DNA of 56,541 bases, filler included, from Squatina squatina (taxonomy: Eukaryota): the NCBI GenBank assembly GCA_031763465.1. It is 3 parts of 3 records of this genome, joined end to end, with 100 filler letters (N's around TTAATTAATTAA, not from the genome) between each part and the next. Parts side by side here need not be neighbours in the genome. Positions count along the whole stretch, not along the records: positions 40,533 to 56,541 come from JARFOE010000222.1; 2 more parts are not named here. The stretch is one strand, 5' to 3'. The position numbers and the translations under genes are program-made. Shown here piece after piece: positions 48,694 to 56,541 of the stretch (position 1 is the first letter of the stretch; each line of letters starts with the position of its first letter). Under the pieces are notes generated by a model. The model was not told the origin of the DNA and did no database searches. It was given only the letters and a program-made list of their open reading frames with translations.

Positions 48694-49151
48694 CCAAATT
48701 GATGTCTGTGAACTGCCGTTGTCACGGAGTGTCCGGCTCGTGTGCCGTGAAGACTTGTTGGAAAACCATGTCTTCCTTCGACAAAATCGGCCAGTTCCTA
48801 AAGGAGAAATACGAGCACAGCGTCCAGATCCTGGACAGGTCGAAGAAAAAGGTTCGCCGCAAAGACAAGGAGCAGCGGAAAGTGCCAGTAAACAGGGAGG
48901 ACCTGGTGCACATTAAAAAGTCGCCCAATTACTGCGTGGAGGATCAGAAGGTGGGGATCCACGGGACCCGGGGGCGGCAATGCAACCGCACATCGCCGGC
49001 CGCCGACGGCTGCAACTTGCTGTGCTGCGGGCGGGGATACAACACGCACGTGGTCCGCCACGTGGAGCGCTGCGACTGCAAGTTCGTGTGGTGCTGTTAC
49101 GTGCGCTGCCGGAGATGCGAGACCATGACCGACGTGCACACCTGCAAGTAG
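48694..49151 (+). CDS. WNT16: WNT16 last exon (5' edge in gap)
   Basis: [28 protein letters not shown]...[40 protein letters not shown]. Confidence 0.96.
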
Positions 49152-51665
49152 CTGCGAGACATCGGCAAAGAGCGCAGAGCCGAATGGACAACAGAGCAAG
49201 CCTAGCTCGAAGAAGCTTTGGGACAAACGAGCGTATAATTACAGAGTCAAGCGATCGCAGCAGTCCTAATGAGCAGTCGACGACTTGCAAAGCAGAGCAA
49301 GTATAATTGCAAAGGAAACAAATACGGATGGACAGGACATTCGGTTCAAACGAATATGTTCAATATACTGCGATTTGTATCAATGAACTGAACCGAGCAA
49401 ATATCCGTGACTAGAAGGACACGATCATTTTGTTCAAAAAGACCATAAGACCACCGTTATTAAAATAATTCTAGGTGGTCCCTCAAACTACAGAATGTTA
49501 TAAGCACCTCAACAAATATAAAAAGAGCAACAAGAAAAACTCAGAGAAACTGCAAGAATACTGAAATCTTGTAGTAACAGCATTATAAGAGAGTTTAAAT
49601 AGTATAAAGTACTGTACTAACATTCCAAAATCAAAGTTTGAAAACTTTGTATTTTATAGGGGTCAATAGCATAACTAATGTACTTTAAATTTGTTCTAGG
49701 ATTTGACAAAAAAAATTAAAACTGCGAAAAGCTTGCATTGTCTGCAAGCCGTGGCATAATATTTACCTCTGGAGGGTAAAATCTTCCAAATTACTGCCCA
49801 TTCACAATTAGAAATGAAAACATGACTTTTATTCAGTGACGACACTGTATTTCAGTTGCATGGCAACTGTGTATCAAAAAATTATATTACTTACAAAGTT
49901 ACCCTCGTCATATCGTTCATTCTCCAGCTATGAGATAAGGCAGTTGGCCTACAAAAATGTCTCCAACAAAGCATTAAGGAGGTACTCAGAAGTGGCCTGG
50001 GATGATACACCCACAGAGTTGCCAACAAACAATTGCTGATTTTCAGACTGTTTCTCAGCACAATGCATGTTTTACTGAATCATGACATCAAACCACTGCC
50101 TCTGAGTCTTCAGTGGCTATTAATCTCAATGAAGTCATCTGGAGGAGGTGCGGAGCAGAATTTCCAAGTTTAAAGGTGTGTTTTTGACTCTACCTAGCTG
50201 GCAAAAACCAGGCGGGTGGGCAGTTAATACACCGATTGATGTTCGCAGTGATTCTGATTTGATCCTATTTCTCTGAAGATGGCGGGGTTCCTCTTTAGTA
50301 TGCAGCTTGGGGTCCAGTCACGTCTTTCGGACCCTGATTGATTTGAATCGTGCTGCATCCTCTATTCTGTACAGAAACTCATAGGTCTTGAGATGAAGAA
50401 ACTGAGATGTAATAACTGTCCCAGCACTACTGGAGAAATTAACAGTAACTGCTGCAGAGTAACAGCTTTAACAAAATGTGAAAGGAAACTGTAACGAGAG
50501 GAAAGAATTATGTACGGTCAGAAAGCTGAACTTTTCCCTTCCTCTTCTGCAGATGATGACTCATTCACTGGGCACAGTTCCATGAGCTTCCAGTATCTTG
50601 CTCAGTGACCATTATTCATATATGAACCTTAAAACAGAGAGGACATTACAGTTAACACCAGTGCTGTCCTCAACCAACTTTCACGCACACATGCTTACAG
50701 TAAAGGTCGGTACAGCAATTAGGAACGGGACAATGGCTGGTTTTCCCTTTCTTGGCTGTGGCTGACTATGACTGATCCAATTAAGGTGAGCTAATTCAAC
50801 AGAGATCAGGATGCTAACCTGGGACCTTCCTGGGGTGTATGGTTCTGAGCCATCAAGATAGTTTCAAACGTCTGAACACTGAAGATAAAATTGTGCAGAT
50901 GCCAATATTTTACNNNNNNNNNNNNNNNNNNNNNNNNNNNNNNNNNNNNNNNNNNNNNNNNNNNNNNNNNNNNNNNNNNNNNNNNNNNNNNNNNNNNNNN
51001 NNNNNNNNNNNNNTTGCCTTTTTCTTGTGTTGTTTTTCTGCAGATTACTGATACATTTCAGTATTATAGTTTCAATGATTCAGATACATAGATATATTGC
51101 AGGAAATATCTTTTGAGAACTGGAAAACAATAAATAATATTTTGTTTTTGTTGAAATAACTACGTTTGCTTTTAAAAGTTACTGTAAAAGAAACTAGGCT
51201 TGTGTGTAACATTTTACCTAACTTCTCTTAAAACTCTAGTTTGAGTGGGGTAGTGATTTGTGAAAAGTAGCAAGCTAGCGAAAAATACCACAAGTCCATT
51301 TTTTAAAAGAAGGAATTTTAGTTAAATCATGACCTTGGGGTTAAATGTCTTGGCCTGTTTTATACAGCTTGATGTAAAGATGAAAAATAACAAGCAAAAT
51401 AATCCACTCGGAATCAAACAAAGTTTGGCATTTGTCTTGTTAGTGAATTAATTCTCAAACTGAAAACTTCAGTAATGTTAGTATAACAGTCACTGGACTT
51501 TCAGTTTGCATAATTGGTTCACTGATTACGATGCACTCCGAGAATAACATTTCTAGGTCGGTACAATGTCAGTGCACTGGAGTATAATAAATCTATAATA
51601 CATATTGTGCAGTAAATAAGCTAGAAAGTAATGGAAAAAGTTTTTTTTTAAGTTGCATCTGCTTC

Positions 51666-51717
51666 TGTGCATTGTAGGTTGTAATTCATAGTGTGCATTG
51701 TAGGTTGTAATTCATAG
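51666..51717 (+). repeat. Perfect 26-bp tandem duplication
   Basis: tgtgcattgtaggttgtaattcatag x2. Confidence 0.95.
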
Positions 51718-53311
51718 TTATGGATAGTAATTTTTGTCCTTAATCATGCCGCTTCAGTCTTGTAGCTATCCATTCAGTATCCTTAGGAAATGCCACAAAA
51801 AGGAAAATTTTAAACACTACATGATAAAAAATAAGCACTTGTGGTAGTGTTATAGATAATTTAATACCGCTGTNNNNNNNNNNNNNNNNNNNNNNNNNNN
51901 NNNNNNNNNNNNNNNNNNNNNNNNNNNNNNNNNNNNNNNNNNNNNNNNNNNNNNNNNNNNNNNNNNNNNNNNNTGTTTGTTCAAGCTTGTTATGCACAAA
52001 TTTGTTGCAGCATTTCCTACATTATAGCAGTGACTATACTTCAAATGTAGTTCATTGGCTTTAACGTTCTTTGGGACATGCTGAGGTCAGAAAGGTGCTC
52101 TATAAATGCTTTCTAATAATATAAAAACTATGTGCAACACTGGTCAGACATTGTCTAATGCAAATTTCTGTATAATACTTGAAATGAAAAAAGTTGACAG
52201 GAATTGCACACATTTTTAATATAGATATTATAAAAACAATTATGTTTTCCCAACAAAAAGTCACATGTTACAAAGATATGTCAATCAAAGCTAAATTTTG
52301 TAATTAACAGTTTGCCCTGTAGGATACTGTACTACTCTTATGGTCTCTCTTTTCTTGGTTTATTTTATGATGGATTAATGTATGTTTTTTCAATGCAAGT
52401 GAATTTTTAGTCTGATAAGATGCATGTATATGGTCATGTGCAGGGTGCTTTCAGTGTTAACTTCATCCCGTGCAGCAATGGAGGTAAAAAGGAGATCCAA
52501 CACTTAAGCGTTGATTTTCACTTCCCCTGCCTGACAGAAACCAGGTTCGGGGCCAGGGGGTGAGGGGCAGGCAGTTAAAATGGAGCGGGGGACTTACTCG
52601 TTTTCTGCCCGATCCTGACTGCAATATTAAATTGCAGTCAGCAAGGACTGCCGCCCAAAGCCAGGTTAAATATGCTGATCATGCTCCAATTATGCCATTC
52701 CGGCCTGATCTGCTATTTTAACCAGAAGCCTGAGTGGGGTAGCAGTGATGACTTACCTGCCAGGCCAATGCTGCCAGAAACAGGAGCTAGGGCGAGAGGA
52801 GGCCCAGCAATATTTCTTTATTGTAAAAAAATTGTTTCTATGTGGGTCAGGAGCAAGAATGCTCTTCCGGCTCTACAAGGAAATCTTGGACCTCCCTGGA
52901 CTCTTTCCTCCTCCATCTAGTCTTCCCCCACCCGATTGGGATTCCTCTTCTGCAATACTTAGATTGTGTCAAGGTGGCCTCCTGGCACCTGATTTTAACT
53001 ATCAGGCAGTCGGTTCAACTTCCTGGCCCTTTTGATTGGCAAGCGGCATGTTAATGAGGCCCGGCCATTAAAATCAACTAAACCTGCCTGCTGCTGTTCT
53101 CGGACGGGCATGGGGCAAGCTTTACCTCTTCCCGCCCTGGAGTTAAAATTGAGCCTTTAGTTTTCTTCGCAAACATTCGATCTATCTCTCAAAATGAATC
53201 CCAATTACTTTCGACCCTCTGCCCCCCAATTCTGGTACTATTTGTATGTTTCTGTGTTTTATCTAGTGAAACGAAATCATACCATATTTATTTTCCAATG
53301 AATGAAGAAAG

Positions 53312-53472
53312 ATGAGTAAAACATTATCTCCAAAATCCTACATCCGCTCCTTGAACCATGGGATCATCCGTGAACTATCAGACATGCTGGATCCACAAGA
53401 CGGGTGGAAGAAACTAGCAGCAAATATAAAAAAGCCTACAGGAGAACCAAGATACAGCCAGTTACACATAAG
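53312..53472 (+). CDS. IRAK4: IRAK4 first coding exon (death domain)
   Basis: MSKTLSPKSYIRSLNHGIIRELSDMLDPQDGWKKLAANIKKPTGEPRYSQLHIR; phase-2 donor ag|gtatgc. Confidence 0.95.
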
Positions 53473-54200
53473 GTATGCAACATTGTTCAAGGCAGACAAT
53501 TATCCATGTCAGAACCTTACCCCCAATCCTATGTATTTCAATCTTGGTATTTCAGTCTCAGCTGTTCTTTAACTCATGTCATAACTAGCCCACCAGTTAT
53601 AGCTCTTACAGTATGTAGGTACATTATACTCTTAAACACCAATGAAAAACTCAGTGTTATTGCAAATTTCTCTTGACAAAGTGACATTTAACTTTATTAA
53701 TTGAATATTGTATTATTTTAGCTTAAATACAGTAGCAGCTTTCAAGCTACTTAAATTGATGTTTTACAAGCCCAATTGAAAATTACTTTGTGATCCACAA
53801 CTGGGTTTTCAATGATGTTTTTCCTGTACAGGTTACTCTTAATTAAAAGTATATGACAATTCAGTTTTTAGTACTAAATTCCCTCTGCTGTAATATTTAC
53901 GTTGCTTAATTCAAATTATTGGATAGTTCAATGCTTAGCACACAAAATAACTGAGTTATCAGGAGTAGACTGCATTTTGTTTGCCATGTAGATTACTAAC
54001 CAAACATAATGCAGCATTTTTTTTTGTTTAAGGTTTGAAGTAATCATTTTATTTTTTAAAAATGTACATTATCAGAATCCCAACAAGCCAGTTATGGTTT
54101 CAGCTATTCCTGAGGAAGAATTATGTCAATTGTCTATTGACTTATAACAAAGTGGTGAATCTTATATTGAACAGATTAATTTCATGTAACTTGTCTTAAG

Positions 54201-54346
54201 GAGAATTGAAGGAGTGATTCGTATGGGAAAGAGCCCTACCGCAGAACTCCTGTTTGACTGGGGAACAACCAATACCACAGTCCATGAGCTTGTGGAAATC
54301 CTGATTCAAAATAATTTCATAGCTGCAGCTAGCTTGTTGCTTCCAG
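54201..54346 (+). CDS. IRAK4: IRAK4 second coding exon (death domain)
   Basis: cttaag|...cag|gtaagg; encodes RIEGVIRMGKSPTAELLFDWGTTNTTVHELVEILIQNNFIAAASLLLP, in phase with the previous exon. Confidence 0.95.
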
Positions 54347-56541
54347 GTAAGGAAATCTGTTTGTTCATTTACTGTACACTGGTGGAGTCAAAATTCTATG
54401 GTAAATGTATTTATGCTAAATATTATAGTCTGTCACTGCTTTGGAATATTCACATGTCCTTATCTGCAGCAACACGTGCATCCTGGTCTTCTGAGTTATA
54501 TTGATCACAATTATATTTTTAATCACTAAAAAATAAAATGACTGGCTCTATGGGATGGACACCCTTGTNNNNNNNNNNNNNNNNNNNNNNNNNNNNNNNN
54601 NNNNNNNNNNNNNNNNNNNNNNNNNNNNNNNNNNNNNNNNNNNNNNNNNNNNNNNNNNNNNNNNNNNNNNNNNNNNNNNNNNNNNNNNNNNNNNNNNNNN
54701 NNNNNNNNNNNNNNNNNNNNNNNNNNNNNNNNNNNNNNNNNNNNNNNNNNNNNNNNNNNNNNNNNNNNNNNNNNNNNNNNNNNNNNNNNNNNNNNNNNNN
54801 NNNNNNNNNNNNNNNNNNNNNNNNNNNNNNNNNNNNNNNNNNNNNNNNNNNNNNNNNNNNNNNNNNNNNNNNNNNNNNNNNNNNNNNNNNNNNNNNNNNN
54901 NNNNNNNNNNNNNNNNNNNNNNNNNNNNNNNNNNNNNNNNNNNNNNNNNNNNNNNNNNNNNNNNNNNNNNNNNNNNNNNNNNNNNNNNNNNNNNNNNNNN
55001 NNNNNNNNNNNNNNNNNNNNNNNNNNNNNNNNNNNNNNNNNNNNNNNNNNNNNNNNNNNNNNNNNNNNNNNNNNNNNNNNNNNNNNNNNNNNNNNNNNNN
55101 NNNNNNNNNNNNNNNNNNNNNNNNNNNNNNNNNNNNNNNNNNNNNNNNNNNNNNNNNNNNNNNNNNNNNNNNNNNNNNNNNNNNNNNNNNNNNNNNNNNN
55201 NNNNNNNNNNNNNNNNNNNNNNNNNNNNNNNNNNNNNNNNNNNNNNNNNNNNNNNNNNNNNNNNNNNNNNNNNNNNNNNNNNNNNNNNNNNNNNNNNNNN
55301 NNNNNNNNNNNNNNNNNNNNNNNNNNNNNNNNNNNNNNTTCACCTCCATCAGTTTTCCCCCTTCTAGTTCCTAAAATTATTTTACCCCTCACAAGTATGC
55401 AAAGTATTTCCCCAGGACTGACCCTTGGAACCTGTATTATTTAAAACAGATTCTGCTGAGTTCGGAACATTAGGAGCCCCACGGGCCAATTAGATCATGG
55501 CTGATCTGTACTTCAACTCCATAGCCCTTGATGCCCTTATCCAACAAAAATCTTTCTATCTCTTGAAAGCTCCAATTGTCTCAGCATTTACAGCCTTTTT
55601 ATCTTAAAATAAAAAGTTTCTCTGATCACGGCTGGACAAACCTTTAAGAAATTCTCACCATCACTCACCTCCCATGCAAATGGACCCTCAGCCACCTCAC
55701 CTCCGCTCCCCACTATCAATGAGCAGGGAATGGCAACCAAGAGCTCAGACAGCATCAGGCCACAGGCCCAACTTTAACAACTCCAAAGCAGGTGGCACTA
55801 TGGAAACAGAGCTTGGAGGTCTAAGAGGCAACAGTGCTATCTACTTTGGAGGACTCAGGTAAGTTTAATTGTGACAGGAGGAAATGAGAGACATTATGGC
55901 AGAAATGGAATGATGGAAGAAAGTAATTAAGTGCTACTTGACAGAAAGCCATGCAAGATTGTTAAATATTAAAGGTTTTGAAGGGAACTGGTTGGGAGAG
56001 AAAATCATGATTAACTGTGGTTTCAATAATAGCGTCACTTCTACTATGTACACTACTTTGCCTTCCACACACTGAGTTCAGAAACTCATTCACACCAAGT
56101 AAATCTCTGGTACTTCAATTATTTAAACAAATATTTTTTTTAAAACTGAAATATGATTAAAAAGTTGTTGAAGTTATTACATTTTTGTTAATCTTTGATC
56201 TTTAAAAGATAGTGATGGTGAAAATTTCTTATTAACTATTAAGGAACAGCATAATTAGCATCCCTCATCTCTCAAGTTATCTTTCTGACCTTTACTTTCA
56301 TTAGATTTTTTGCCTACTTTACTTGGCTTCTCAACTTTCCTTAGTCTCCCACTATACCTCCTGGCTCAGCTGATTCCTGCTTCTACTCCATGACATGCAA
56401 AGTCGTTCATGCTCTCAGACTGAAAATTCAGTATTCCACACATTACTGACCTGTCACCTTGTCCTGAGGTGGAACCAGATTACATCTGCAGCCGTAAGTA
56501 TGCTCAGAGAGGGACATTTTGTCCATTCAGTTAGTGGACGG

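Noticed and set aside
48495-49151. 218-aa ORF appearing to give WNT16 a novel N-terminus
   Set aside because: Fusion across a gap of the UBASH3B antisense strand with WNT16 exon 4.
55674-55865. ORF ending at a strong donor, possibly an IRAK4 linker exon
   Set aside because: No recognisable similarity and no clear acceptor.

Overview
Vertebrate nuclear DNA, inferred to be a cartilaginous fish (shark) from its repeats (Deu-domain SINEs, CR1, L2, RTE, Penelope, Harbinger) and its protein divergence. The assembly is highly fragmented: 1-5 kb contigs joined mostly by fixed 100-N gaps, so genes appear only as scattered exons and distances are compressed. Two artificial N44-TTAATTAATTAA-N44 linkers (13943-14042, 40433-40532) split the window into three unrelated blocks. 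Block 1 is MIER1(+), SLC35D1(-), IL23R(+), matching human 1p31. Block 2 is TMCO6(-), SLC35A4(-) with its upstream microprotein ORF, APBB3(+), ARSI(+), PDGFRB(+), matching human 5q31-32. Block 3 is WNT16(+), with an antisense UBASH3B exon inside its last intron, and IRAK4(+). Most interesting observations: a conserved bicistronic SLC35A4/microprotein arrangement; an IL23R that appears to keep a membrane-proximal FN3 domain and has Phe in place of the distal STAT3 tyrosine; a minimal hammerhead ribozyme in a Penelope-type repeat; and the UBASH3B exon nested in WNT16, which may be a misassembly. I found no convincingly new multi-gene system. Gene names come from my recall of vertebrate protein sequences, not from database searches.
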